Shown here in pieces: positions 51,707 through 64,000 of a stretch of 64,000 nucleotides of DNA (within the stretch, counting starts at the first letter, position 1; every line of letters begins with the position of its first letter). The stretch is taken from positions 221,466,001 through 221,530,000 of the forward strand of contig NC_058368.1 of NCBI RefSeq assembly GCF_018350175.1. Direction: 5' to 3'. The notes under the pieces were generated by a model. The model searched no databases. It was given only the letters and a program-made list of their open reading frames with translations, and was not told the origin of the DNA. This DNA is from Felis catus (Eukaryota). The translations under genes were made by a program, and so were the position numbers.

Positions 51707-52931
51707 AATTAAGATTTTCTCTTTTAAAAGCAGTTTTAGGCTCACATCAAAATTGAGGGGAAGGTCCAGAGATTTCCCATATAGTCCCTGCCCCCACTCA
51801 TGTGTGGCCTCTCCTGTTGTCAACATCTCCAACCAGAGTGGTGTATTTGTTACAATTGATAAACCTACATTGACACATTGTTATCAGCCAAAGCCCATAG
51901 TTTACATTACAGTATGATATTGATGTTGTGAGTCTGTGAATTTGGACAAATTGTATAATGTATCCTTCATTAAAGTGTCATCCAGCATATTTTCACTACC
52001 CTAAAAAACCCTCTGTGTTCTGCCTGTTCATCCCTCCCCCCCCACCCCACCCCCTTGTAAAGACTGATCATTTTACTGTCTCCATATTTTTGCTTTTTTC
52101 CAGAATGTAATATAGTTGAAATCATATAGTACGTAGCATTTTCAGATGGGAATCTTTTCCTTAGTAATATGAGTTTAGGTTTCCTTCATGGCTTTTCATA
52201 GCATGATAGTTCATTTATTTTTAGTGCTGAATAATATTCCACTGTCTGGATGTGCCACTCGCCTACGGAATGGCATCTGGGGTGCTTCCAAATTTGAGCA
52301 AGTATGAACCAAACTGCTATAAGCATCCATGAGTAGGTCTCTGTGTCGGTACAAATTTTTAAATCCTTTTGGGTAAACATCATGGAACACAGTTGTTGGA
52401 AGGTATGGTAAGAGTCAAGAAATTGGTTCATTTCATCTACATTATCAAATTTGTGGGATAAGAGTTGTTCATAGTATTTCTTTATTATCTTACTAATGTC
52501 CATGAGATCTGTAGCTATGTTTCCTCTTTGATTTCTGATACTAGTTATTTGTTTCCTCCCTTTTTTTCTCAGTTACCCTGGCTAGAGGCTTATTGGTTTT
52601 ATTGATTTTGTTTTTTTTAAGAACTACCTTTTTGTTTCATTGATCTTCTGTCTTGATTTCCTGCTTTCAAATCATTGATTTCTTCTTTAATTTTTATTAT
52701 TTATTCTGATCTACTTAATTTGGATTTAATTTGCTCTTTTTTTTTTTTTCTAGTTTCCTGGGGCAGAAGCATAGGTACTTGATTTTAGATCTTTCTTCTT
52801 TTCTAATATAGGCCTTCAGTGCCATAAATTTTCTTCTAAGTACTGCTTTTACTGCACCCCACACATTTAAAAAAGTTGTCTTAATTAATTTTCATGTGGT
52901 TCAAAATATTTTCAAAATGTTTCTTATGGTT

Positions 52932-53170
52932 GGGGCTCCTGGGTGGCTCGGTCGGTTAAGCATCTGACTTCAGTTCAGGTCACCATCTCACAGTTTGTGA
53001 GTTCGAGCCTTGCGTCGGGCTCTGTGCTGACAGCTCAGAGCCTGGAGCCTGCTTCGGATTCTGTATCTCCCTCTCTCTGCCCCTCCCCTGCTCATTCTCT
53101 CTCTCGAAAATAAAATAAATATTTAAAAAATAAAAAAATAAAAAAATAATTAATTAAATTAAAAAAATAA
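52932..53170 (+). mobile_element. Can-SINE
   Basis: Full body and long A-rich tail. Confidence 0.95.
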
Positions 53171-53180
53171 GTTAATCACA

Positions 53181-53396
53181 GGAGTGCTCCTGAGTGGCTT
53201 AGTTGGTTGAGCATCTGACTTTGGCTCCAGTCATGATCTTGTGGTTGAGGAGTTCCAGCCCCGCATCGGACTCTGTGCTGACAGCTCAGAGCCTGGAGCC
53301 TGCTTCAGATTCTGTGATTCCCTCTCTCTCTCTGTCCCTCCCCTGCTCATGCTCTGTCTCTGTCTCTCAAAAAATAAATAAATGTTGAAGAAATTG
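53181..53396 (+). mobile_element. Can-SINE
   Basis: Full body directly after previous SINE. Confidence 0.95.
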
Positions 53397-54369
53397 TTCA
53401 AAAAATGTTTCTTACAGTTTTTTTCTCTGACCCATGTATTATTTCGGAGTCTATTCAATCTCCACTTATTTTTGGATTTTCCAGTTCTCATTCTGTTAGT
53501 GAATCCTAGTTTCATTACATTGTTGTCTCAGAACAGACATCGTATGATTTCTATTACTTTAAATTTACTAAGGTGATTCACAGCCCAGAAATATGGTCTT
53601 TCTTGGTAAGTGTTCCACGCAAGCTTAGGAAGAATGTGTATTCTGCTGTTCTTGATGAAAAAGTCTATAGATACCTGTTGTGTCCAGTGGATTGAAGCTG
53701 TTGTTGACATCAGGCACCTTATAATAATAAAATAAATCTAATTTCTCCTTCCCATCTCTTGTGTCATCATTGTCCTTCATTTCCGATGTGTACATAATAT
53801 AATGCATCCTTGGTAATAGTATTTTGAACAAAGTGTTATCTGTTAGATCCATTAAGAAAAAGAAAAGTTCTTATTTACCTTCATGTCTCTGATGTTCTTT
53901 CTTTATGTAGTTCTGAGTTTCTGACTGATAGATATTTGTTTTGTTTTTTTCCTTCTAAAGAATGTCTTTTAACATTTTTTTTTGGAGGGCAGGTCTACTG
54001 GCAACAAATCCCCTTAATTTTTATTGTTCTGAGAAACTTCTTAATTTTTCTTTGCTTTTGAAAGTTAATTTTACAGGGTACAGAAGTTTAGGATGCGGGG
54101 TTATTTTCTCTTAACACTAAATATTTCACTTCACTCTTCCTCTTGCTCGCTTAGTGTTTCTCTGATCTTCCTGGTTCTGATATTTGGTATCTCACATTTA
54201 TTTAGGAAAACCTTTAGTCATTTATTGCTTCAAATATTTCTTCTGTTTCTTTCTCTCTTTCTACTCCTTTTGGTGTCCCCATTACATGGATATTTACCTT
54301 TTATAGTTGTCCCACTGTCCTTGGATGTGTCTTCTGTTTATTCAGTCTTTCTTTTCTTTTCTTTTCAGG

Positions 54370-54564
54370 TTTTTTTTTTTTTTTAAGTTTATTTATTTAT
54401 TTTTGAGTGAGAGCACAAGCAGAGGAGGGACAGAGAGAGGGAGACACAGAATCTGAAGCAGGCTCCAGGCTCTGAGCTGTCAGCAGGGCTTGACCTCAGG
54501 AGCAGTGAGATCATGACCTAAGCCAAAGTTGGATGCTTAGCCAACTGAGCCACCTAGGCACCCC
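54370..54564 (-). mobile_element. Can-SINE
   Basis: SINE body with small internal deletion, T17 tail. Confidence 0.93.
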
Positions 54565-54591
54565 TTTGCTTTTCAATTCTAAGATTCTATT

Positions 54592-54594
<3 letters not shown>

Positions 54595-54639
<45 letters not shown>
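54595..54639. repeat. (AT)n microsatellite
   Basis: Direct reading. Confidence 0.95.
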
Positions 54640-54641
<2 letters not shown>

Positions 54642-54873
54642 CAAACTCAGAGTTTCTTTCCTGAGCCAAGTCAAGTCTGTTAAAGAACCCATCAAGGGCA
54701 TTCCTCCTCTCTGCTATAGTGTTTTTTGTTTGTTTGTTTGTTTGTTTTTACCTTTAACATTTCTTTTCGTTCCTATTTTTTAGAATTTATGTCTCTCTGC
54801 TTACATTGCCCTTCTGTTCTTACATGCTGTTTACTTTATTCATTAGAGTCCTTAGTATATTAATCATTGTTTT

Positions 54874-55086
54874 TTTTTTTTTTAACGTTTTATTTATTTT
54901 GAGACAGAGAGAGACAGCATGAACGGGGGAGGGTCAGAGAGAGAGAGGGCGACACAGAATCTGAAACAGGCTCCAGGCTCTGAGCAGTCAGTACAGAGCC
55001 TGACGCGGGGCTCGAACTCACGGACAGTGAGATCGTGACCTGAGCCGAAGTCGAACGCTTAACCGACTGAGCCACCCAGGCGCCCC
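54874..55086 (-). mobile_element. Young feline Can-SINE
   Basis: Full body; perfect TSD tattaatcattgtttt (54858, 55087). Confidence 0.97.
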
Positions 55087-55180
55087 TATTAATCATTGTT
55101 TTAAATTCCCATCCTGATAATTTCATCATCCTTCCTATATCTGGTTCTGGTACTTGCTCTGTCTCCTCCAGTTGTGGGTT

Positions 55181-55217
<37 letters not shown>

Positions 55218-58200
55218 TGATAGCCAGACCTGATATACTGGGTAGAAGGAACTGCTATAAATACTTCTGGTAAGGTAGTTAGGTGGGAGTGTGGGGGAGA
55301 AGAAGCATTCTATTGTCTTCTGATTAGGTCTCTTTAGGGAAAGTATTTGTGGACTGCAATTCACAAGTGTATCTCAGTTCTTTGTTTGTTTGTTTTGTTT
55401 TGTTTTGTTTTTTGTTTTTCCTTCCTTTCCGTGGGACTGGATGGCCAGAGTAGACTGGGATTGGCTCTTTTCCATTTCCCACTAGAAGACTAGAGCCAGC
55501 TGGAGTTGAGTAATTCCCTTTTCCAAGTAAGTTAGACTCTGATAATATCCCAGTAGATTAGGCTCTGGTTAACTAGTTTCCTGACAGGGCAGGTCGTTAG
55601 GAAGAACAGAGTGTACTGGCAGATTTCAGAATCGTTCCTCTTGCCCTCCCTCTGCTGGAAGCGTGAGACGAGCTTTCTTAGATACCTTCTGTGGGAAACT
55701 GCTGATGCTTCTGAAGGCAAATGTCACAGTATTGCGTGGGGACTGTGTACCCTTTGGAGTTTTTAACTCCCAGGCTTGTCCACACTGAGGTGCAAAAGTA
55801 AGTCAATTACATGTCAGATTTTCCTATTCTGGCAGTTTCCTGGGGAGCTTTCTGCTCATGGTAAGCTGGGACTCCCTGTCATCACCTGTCTGTCCCTCCA
55901 GTCTTGGGGGCAGTACTGTGTTCTGTGTCCTCCAGTATTTTATGGATCCGAGAATAGTTGTGGATTTTTCAGTCTGTTCATTTCTGGTTGTTAGGACACA
56001 GTGGTGACTTCCCAGCTTCTTGCTTAACCAGAAACCAGAAGGTTTTTTTATTCCAAAGTTTAAATAACGTAAAGGGAAATTGATCATTTTTATGTGCAAT
56101 CAACACCTGATGCCTGAGATATTTCAATGATTTTTGTTTCATTCATAAGTGGAAAGTGTGTGATGGGGGAGAGGTTGCCCATAACATACATAGAATTATA
56201 GTCTGAATTCTAAGTTTGGGATTAAGTGAAATGTAAACCCAGTGTTTGCTGTGACAATTTTATAATTTTGTGATAATTGCCACTTCAAATATATAATTAT
56301 ATATAATATTTTGGGTAGATGGTCAATTAATGAAATATTTGTAATGCAATTCTGTGTCCCTAAATACTTTTTCTTCCTTTACCCCTTTTGGGATTTCTTA
56401 CAAAAAAAAAATAAGGTTATGACTATAAAGTTATTGAATTTGATAAAAAAAAAAGAACCTGTGCATTTGGGATGTAGAAGTGGTACGACCAATTGAATAA
56501 GGGGAATGGCATTTAAGAAGTGGGAAAAAATACACTTCATCCCATTTGGATTCCAGATCCTCTTACAAAGTCAAAATTGTTGTCATTAAACAATCAATGA
56601 AAGAAAAGTAAACAAAACCATGTAGGAAGCAATTACATCTGATCACTCTTCATATAAATTATTTCCTTTTTACACTAATTTGTTCACATTTATGTATGTT
56701 AAAGAACAAGTAATATATGCATATTCATTAAAATAATAAATCGTATAAAATCCATATAAAATCCATTCATTCGTATTGTCCAAAAAATTATGTCAAGATA
56801 ACATTTTATTAGAGTGGCTTATTTCTTTTTCACTTTTTGAAGTTTCTGCTTGTGAACTTGAATAACCAACTGCTTTAAGAACCTCAAATGTAATTTTCCT
56901 CATATGCAAAACACTTCGACCACGGATAGAATGTTGGCCATTTATTCTTGGGGACTTTGGCATGTGCCCGTGTTTTGACAAGCATCTGGCTAATTTAAGT
57001 TCCACTGAATATGTATATGTGTTTTGGCTGTCACGATATTCCTTTTAGTTCTCAATCCTGCTGTCAAGGCAAAAATTAACTTTGTGTTTACATAGTCCAA
57101 CACAAGTATCATGATACTCAATAAAAAGATGTTTAACCTCTGAGAATTTGGATCCATAAGAAAATAGTATCACTGGGAGTTTCAGCTGCCAGGAAAGAAA
57201 GTGATGATTCAGTACTGTACAAAGCTGAAGGAAATAAACTCTCTGAGATTTTTTCCCCTTGATTTCCTAGGGGTGAAAAAATAATCAATAAGAGACAGCA
57301 AGGCAAGTTTGTTACATCTTAGCTTTGCTGTCAGAAAAGCAACCTTTGTCTTTGTGAAATAGAGTTTTCCTGTTCAGATGCAAATTGGTCTCCCGTTTAA
57401 TGGAATTTTTATTAGCAACCTTTATTTTGAGAATAATACCAATGTTTAACCATGAAAATCTGTAACCTCCAAGCAACGCAGAGACTCTGATATGTGTTAG
57501 AAATTATAGCCATTTTAAAATTAGAACGTATATCACATTTCTGTTTCCCCCCATAAATATTGGCTCTACTTTGTGTGAGTGAATAAAAAAAAAAAATCAC
57601 TGCATAAATACTTCCTAGAGATTGGTAGTCCTTTTGGCCGTAAAGACATAAAGACTGCAACAAGAACCTCTAATTTATTCAAAGTCAAGTCCTCCTTGCA
57701 ATGCAACTTAAGAAATAGAAGACCTAGCAGTGTCCAATATGACACTGTTCTTTGGTGATATGGGTACCTTGAGGGCAAAAATAACTTAAAGGCTCCCAAC
57801 TTCATACCAAGAAGAAAAGGGGTTTGAAATTGAGTATGATTTAGTATTTGCCTTCCTCCTGACATCCAGATGTGCATCTGATACACGTGGCCTTCACTCT
57901 CGCTGTGCTTACAGTATTTATTAGAAGCCAAGGGATGCACAAAAGAAGTGAAAAGGCGATGTTTTTATAATTTTCTCATTCTGATTGTTCCTCTTCTCCT
58001 CATTTTGACTGTCAACACTCAACTTTATGACTTCAATTACAACAGATCATTTGGATGTGGCCTGCTAAACTAATGCATGCCCAGTCCTCCCTCCCCACTC
58101 CACACACACACCAAATATGCATCTTCTCTTTGTTATAAGGGGGAAAGCAATTAGGATGACTGGAGTACTGCATTCCTCAAAGAAGCTGCATGTGACATCT

Positions 58201-58392
58201 TCTGAAATAATGATGTAAGAGAGGGTAAAGAAGAGAAAAAGGAGGAATTAATACAAGGTAGATGAAAGTTTGTGGATAAGCCAGAAAAGGAGAAAGAATA
58301 GTGTTTTGAAAGTCAGATGATGAGAGTCCCTTGACATTTTAGGATCCTAGAGAATAAGAAAAAGCAGAAATTTTAATTAAAAAAAAAGTCTT

Positions 58393-58600
58393 GGGGCACC
58401 TGGGTGGCTCAGTTGGTTGAGCGACCGATTTTGGCTCAGGTCATGATCTCATGGTTTGTGAGTTCGAGCCCCGCATCGGGTTCTGTGCTGACAGCTCAGA
58501 GCCTGGAACCTGCTTCTGATTCTGTGTCTCCCTCTCTCTCTGCCCCTCCCCCGCTCATGCTCTTTCTCTATCTCAGAAAGAAATAAACGTTAAAAAATTT
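58393..58600 (+). mobile_element. Can-SINE
   Basis: Full body; TSD aaaaagtctt. Confidence 0.95.
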
Positions 58601-58892
58601 AAAAAGTCTTATACTGTTTTATTTTTGAAAGGTAGATGAGTAAAGAGAGTAAATGCGTAGTTGGAGGTTTTGAAGTCAGTCTTAAAATTTTCAGTTTTTG
58701 AGTGCATTTGTATCAGGAAGCTACTGCTGATGCTTTCGTTGTGAGGTAGTATATCATAGTCCAGGCCAGAATCACAAGACATAATTGTGACTTTTAGTGA
58801 GATGGTGGTTGTAGAGATCAAGTTAATAAATGGACCTGAGGTATGTAGAGACTAAATAAACAGACTGGGTGATAGTTTGAAATTGGAATTTG

Positions 58893-59084
58893 GGGGCACC
58901 TGGGTGACTCAGTCAGTTAGGCATCTGACTTCATATTAGGTCATGATCTCATGGGTCGTGGGTTCGAGCCCTGCATCAGGCTCTGTGCTGTCAGAGCATA
59001 GCACGCTTCTGATCTTCCGTTCCCCTCTCTCTGTGCCCCTCCCCCGCTCATTCATTCTTTTTCTTTCAGAAATAAATATTAAAA
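58893..59084 (+). mobile_element. Can-SINE
   Basis: SINE body; degenerate TSD aaattggaatttg / aaatggtattttg. Confidence 0.92.
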
Positions 59085-59369
59085 AAATGGTATTTTGTGG
59101 GAGAGAAAGTGGTGAAGAGTGATTCACTTAAGCTTAATTTAAGTGGTTGTGGTGAGTACAGCTTCTTAGATGGAGGTACCCTCCACATGAATAGGAATCA
59201 GTAAAAGAGGGCTAAGTTCAGTTGAAAAATCATGAATTTGGTTTTGAAATATTTGTGGGTTTTATGACTTTGGGCACAAAGTACATATACTAAGTAAATA
59301 GTTGACATAGTTGACCTACGCTTCTTGGGAAAGAACTGAAGAAGCCACAGGACGATGCCTTGATTCAGC

Positions 59370-59580
59370 ATGGTTCTGAGTTGGGGCCTTAACTATGATT
59401 CATTCCCCCCTCCCCCGCCCATTTTCTAGATACATGACCCAAGACAGATTACTTACATCACTAGTGCTACTGTTGGCAGTAATCGTAGTAAGGACGGCAT
59501 TTAAATGTATTGAATTCTTAGAAAGTTAAATGATGTGATATGGGTAAGTCTGGTATGCTGAAAGTACTCAGTAAAGAGAA
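59370..59580 (+). mobile_element. MIR relic
   Basis: catgacccaagacagattacttacatc...gttaaatgatgtgata...aagtactcagtaaa. Confidence 0.5.
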
Positions 59581-60035
59581 TTTGTGATTATTGGCATTAA
59601 TGTTATTACCTTTACACTCATTAGTGTGCATATGTGTCTACCTTTCATGCTGTAACCTCGTCAAGATCAGGGGTTTTGCCTCATTTATCTTTGTTGTTCT
59701 TCTGTTGCCCAGCACTAAGTATTTCATTAACATTTATGGATTTAAAGTGAATAACATTTTTACTCATCGTTTCAGAACTGGGTTATGTCCAGCTTTTTAA
59801 ATCAAGGGTCAACAACCCATAACAATGATATACTTTCTTAGGGAGTAGAACAGTCCTTGGATTCTAAGCACACATTCCAGAACTTGATTTTATGCTCTCA
59901 TTCATTAAGGATTTTTATGGATTTATTTGGGTCACTTCAAATAAATAAACTATGTAGAAACTGGCTGTGTCCTCCGTTTCTTTCATATTCTTCAGAGCTA
60001 CTGGAAATAATTTAGTACGTACAAGAAGCTCAATA

Positions 60036-60191
60036 GGGACACCTGGGTGGCTCAGTCGGTTAAGCTTCCGACTTCAGCTCAGGTCATGATCACACGGTTC
60101 ATGGGTTCGAGGCCCACGTCAGGCTCTGTGCTGACAGCTCAGAGCCTGGAGCCTGCTTCGATTCTGTGTTTCCCTCTCTCTCTGCCCCTTG

Positions 60192-60228
<37 letters not shown>

Positions 60229-60270
60229 AAATAAATAAACATAAAAAAAATTAAATTAAAAAAATTTAAA
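60036..60270 (+). mobile_element. Can-SINE
   Basis: Full body; TSD aagaa(g/t)ctcaata. Confidence 0.95.
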
Positions 60271-60654
60271 AAAGAATCTCAATAAATATTTCATAGAATT
60301 GTAGCATATCAACACTGACTTGAAAATTAGCGTGAACTTTTATTGTGTGCTGGTGATTAAACGGTGGCCCAGAGAGTCTACCTGACTGTGTGAGTTTATA
60401 GACAGAAGCAGGGCAGAGACTGGCCTGGAATCAGGCCCTGTCTCGCACTCCACCATATCATATTGCTTCTCTGTCCCTTCTTTCTTAATGAAAACAAGTA
60501 AAAGAAGGCAACAAAACAAAACAAAATAAAACAACAAAACAGAAAACAAGCATCAGTCGAATCTTCAAGAGCAGTAATGATGGGAATTTCCACCAGCATC
60601 AAAAATAGGTGTGGCCATCGCTCCAGCAGTCGAGTGGAGTTGGTGTGGGTCACT

Positions 60655-61200
60655 CTCTTAGTTCCTTGTTGCCGCTGGCACAAACTATCACAAGTGTCAT
60701 GGCTCCCAGCAGCACTCACGATCTCAGTTGTGTAGCACAGAAGCCTAGTGCGGTGTGGCTGGCCCTCTGCTTCAGGCATCCCTGGGCTAGAATTCTCTTG
60801 GGCTCAAATTCTTTTCCTAAACGCATGGGTTGTTGGCAGAAGTTGGCCCCTTGCAGTTGTAGGACGGATGTCCCCATTTCCTTGACACGTGCCCCCTTTC
60901 CATTTACATGGCGTCAACGGCATACGGTCTCCTGATGCTTTGAATCTCTCTGACTTACTTCTCTGCCACATCTTTCAGACTAACATTTTTGCACTAAGGA
61001 AGTGGAAAGGTCTGTTGTTAAGGGTTTGTGTCATTAGATTGGCCCCCACTCATATAATCCAAAACAATCTTCCTATTCTAAAGGTAACTGATTAGTAACC
61101 TTGTATCTGCAAAATCCCTTTTGCCATGTAATGTAACATGTTCTTGGCCATGACACCAGAGGGTTAAAATCATGAGGGCCAAAGTTCTGCTTATCTCCGT
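60655..61200 (-). mobile_element. MLT1-type solo LTR
   Basis: ttagttccttgttgccgctg..caaacta, gcagttgtaggac, aactgattagtaacctt..tctgcaaaatcccttttgccatgtaatgtaaca. Confidence 0.8.
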
Positions 61201-61242
61201 CCCAACCCAAGATCACAATATTAATAAGAAGCAAATAGTACC

Positions 61243-61455
61243 GGTGCGCCTGGGTGGCTCAGTCAGTTAGGCGGCTGACTTAGGCTCAAGTCATTATCTC
61301 ACGGTCCGTGAGTTCGAGCCCCGCATCGGGCTCTGTGCTGACAGCTCAGAGCCTGGAGCCTGTTTCAGATTCTGTGTCTCCCTCTCTCTGACCCTCCCCT
61401 GTTCATGCTCTGTCTCTCTCTGTCTCAAAAATAAATAAATGTTAAAAAAAAATTA
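61243..61455 (+). mobile_element. Can-SINE
   Basis: Full body; perfect 17-bp TSD aagaagcaaatagtacc (61226, 61456). Confidence 0.97.
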
Positions 61456-62287
61456 AAGAAGCAAATAGTACCAGCTCTGATATCAAATTTGCTGCATTTC
61501 TATTCTGTTGATCAAAGGCAACTGTATATCATCCTAATACAATGTATATAAACTGAACTGACTATTTTATGAATGGAAGAGACAAACAGAAATGGAACCA
61601 ATACAAAACAAAAACAAAAACGAAATGGTATGAAGCAGTTGATGGCAAGACAACACCTTTTTAGCTACTATTTTTATAATGCAGGTACTGATCTTATCAT
61701 CATAAATTTTTGAAGCTGAATAAAATACATTTTGGTAGCTCTGTGAATGTTCTAAAAATGTTCAAAATAAATGACAGTTTCTAAAATGAAATTAAATCAT
61801 CCAAGAACAAAGCTGTATGCCATAAACATCACTGTTAGAAACAGACAGTGTGATCTTGTGGTTAAAATGCATAGCATTACAAAGTCTGTGTATAAACGGC
61901 AGTCCCAAGGGATCACTGAAAGTCATGTTGTCAATATTATCACGAGCATTAAGCCCTGATATTGTTTGAATGCTATCAAATAGCATCTATGTAAATAAAA
62001 AGAGTGTTTATCTGGGTGGTTAAAAGAGAATGTAGATTACCCTGGGATTTACAGGCTGAAACCATGATGTAAACTTTAAATCTCTTTGTTCCTGGATTGT
62101 TAGCCTCAAGATTGTTCTCCAGAGATTTGCAGTTGCCTCAGCAAGCAAGTAATACTTCAAAATCTCCACCTTTTTGTTTTCAAATCCACTGGGTTGTTGT
62201 CTCTGGGAATCATTTTATTTCTTATTCATTAAAGAAGGTGATTTGAACTTTTACTTGCTTTCTCCCTTTAAGAAAGAAGGGGTAAAA

Positions 62288-62496
62288 GGTGTGCCTGGGT
62301 GGCTCAGTCCGTTAAGTGTCTGACTTTGGCTCAGGTCATGATCTCATGGTTCATGAGTTTGAACCCCTCATGGTGGGGGGGGGGGGGGCTAGGAGCTTGC
62401 TTCAGATTCTGTGTTCCTCTCTCTTTCTGCCCCTCCCCTGCTCCCACTGTGTCTCTCTCTCTCAAAAATAAACAAACATTAAAAAGAAAAAAGCTT
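62288..62496 (+). mobile_element. Can-SINE with internal G14 run
   Basis: SINE body; TSD ttaagaaaga..gggtaaa. Confidence 0.92.
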
Positions 62497-62661
62497 TTAA
62501 GAAAGAGAGGGTAAACAGTTTCCTAATATCCTGGATTTTTTTCTTACACGGGCCAGTATGAAGAAAGAAACTGATACAATGTGCCTTCAAGTATCCTGCT
62601 GTTGTGCATACTAATCCACGTATGGAAACAGCAGCACCACTCTTTCCCCAAATTGAGCAAC

Positions 62662-62662
<1 letters not shown>

Positions 62663-62710
<48 letters not shown>
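62663..62710. repeat. (AC)24 microsatellite
   Basis: Direct reading. Confidence 0.95.
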
Positions 62711-62712
<2 letters not shown>

Positions 62713-62906
62713 TTAACTGCTTTATTTTTTGAAACAAATATCAGAATGTTCATGGTAACAGTTGTTATATATGTTTTTTTTTTTCTTTTTCTTTGATGGT
62801 CACTATAGTAAGCAAACTGCTTCATAATCCAAGAAATCACCTTTATAGTTCTTTTCTTTAGACATCTAATCCCCTGTGACTATTTTCTATAATTAGACAT
62901 GTTTTA

Positions 62907-63121
62907 AATCTTTTTTTTTAATGTTAATTTTTGAGATAGAGCGAGAGACAGCAAGTGAGTGGGGGAGGGGCACAGAGAGAGAGGAGACACAGAATCCGAA
63001 GCAGGCTCCAGGCTCTGAGCTGTCAGCAGAGAGCCCGACGCCGGACTCGAACCCATGAACCATAAGATCATGACCTCGTCCGAAGTTGGACGCTTAACCT
63101 ACTGAGCCACCCAGGCACCCC
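62907..63121 (-). mobile_element. Can-SINE
   Basis: Full body; perfect TSD ataattagacatgtttta (62889, 63122). Confidence 0.97.
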
Positions 63122-63864
63122 ATAATTAGACATGTTTTATAGATATAAACAATTATCTAAAACTCTAAAGCGTGATCAAAGGCAAAATAGGTTATGTGTT
63201 GAATAAAGACTAAAGATAAGTTTTTAATATCACTAGGAGATGATTATATAGAAAATGATATATTTTATATCATGTAGAAATAACATAGAGAGGAAGATTT
63301 AAATTATATACTATATCATTCAAACTTAAACCAGGAAAACAAAAAGGTGCTCACAATATGCAAAAGAGGGTATTCAATGCAGACAGTTGATAACAAGGGA
63401 CAGGGGAGCTGAGAAGCCAAATGGATGTAGTGAGAAACCTAACAAAAAGCTACTACTCCTGTGGCTCAAAGGGACAAAGAGAGTAGGGGATGTGCTATTT
63501 CTAAAGCTCTGGGGCCAGGTCACCCAGTGAGAGCTGGAACCAAGAGGCCTCTCCTTGGACACTGGAGCCAACTGCTGGAGATGCCATTTGACTCAGCATT
63601 GAAGGGGAAGAAATATCCGGGATTTTCCTTCTTGCTCTCAGGACACCCTCCAAATGCCTCTGTCTGAAGCCAGGCAGAGGAGCTAATTGACAGGGTCCTT
63701 GTAAATCATCCTGCAGTGCATCACCAAATAAGCCAAACAAAGAGAGCCAGAGCTAGGTTATGAATGACGCTGAGGCTAAGAACCGAAAAATATATTTACT
63801 GGACCTGGCACCATACCGTCTACCAGCTACTTTTGCCACTTTGTTTAACATGACAGTATGGTCT

Positions 63865-64000
63865 TTGTTTGTTCTTTTTTTAAAATATTTTTTAATGTTT
63901 ATTTATTGTTGAGAGAGAGAGAGAGAGAGAGAGAACGAGCAGGGGAGGGGCAGTGAGAGAGGAAGACACAGAATCCAGAGCAGGCTCCAGGCTCTAAGCT
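63865..64000 (-). mobile_element. Can-SINE 3' part, cut by window end
   Basis: T-rich tail, (GA)n, gcaggctccaggctct. Confidence 0.93.

Larger units (their letters stand above)
51440..56041 (-). mobile_element. Old L1MC-like element, 5'UTR to 3'UTR, with internal deletions and five nested SINEs
   Basis: 3'UTR (cagttttaggctcacatcaaaattgaggggaagg), ORF2 remnants (IIKKYYEQL..KFDNVDEMNQFL; WKHPRC), ORF1 remnant, 5' end ccagaaaccagaag. Confidence 0.8.
58150..59330 (-). mobile_element. Degraded L2 interrupted by two SINEs
   Basis: gtgttttgaaagtcagatga, tgtagagatcaagttaataaatggacctgag, atgaatttggttttgaaatatttg. Confidence 0.5.

Noticed and set aside
57566..57940. 124-aa minus ORF
   Set aside because: Non-ATG start, no recognisable domain or exon boundaries.

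Overview
AT-rich mammalian genomic DNA, almost certainly from a felid, since it carries feline-type tRNA-Lys-derived Can-SINEs and a cat-type L1. I find no credible protein-coding exon or functional RNA gene, so the window reads as intronic or intergenic. It holds about 25 Can-SINEs (most with visible TSDs), a 5'-intact young L1 (31.7-36.8 kb, minus) with its RT domain deleted, and an old multiply deleted L1MC-like element (51.4-56.0 kb, minus). It also has short L1 3' ends, MLT1 solo LTRs, MIR/L2 relics and microsatellites. The most notable observations are two tailless small-RNA retrocopies with TSDs (a perfect tRNA-Lys(CTT) 5' half and a 3'-truncated U6) and the L1 deletion junction, which is filled with inverted templated copies of its own flank. 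I see no convincing new biological system. Repeat subfamily names come from recalled consensus sequences, and boundaries of old repeats are approximate.
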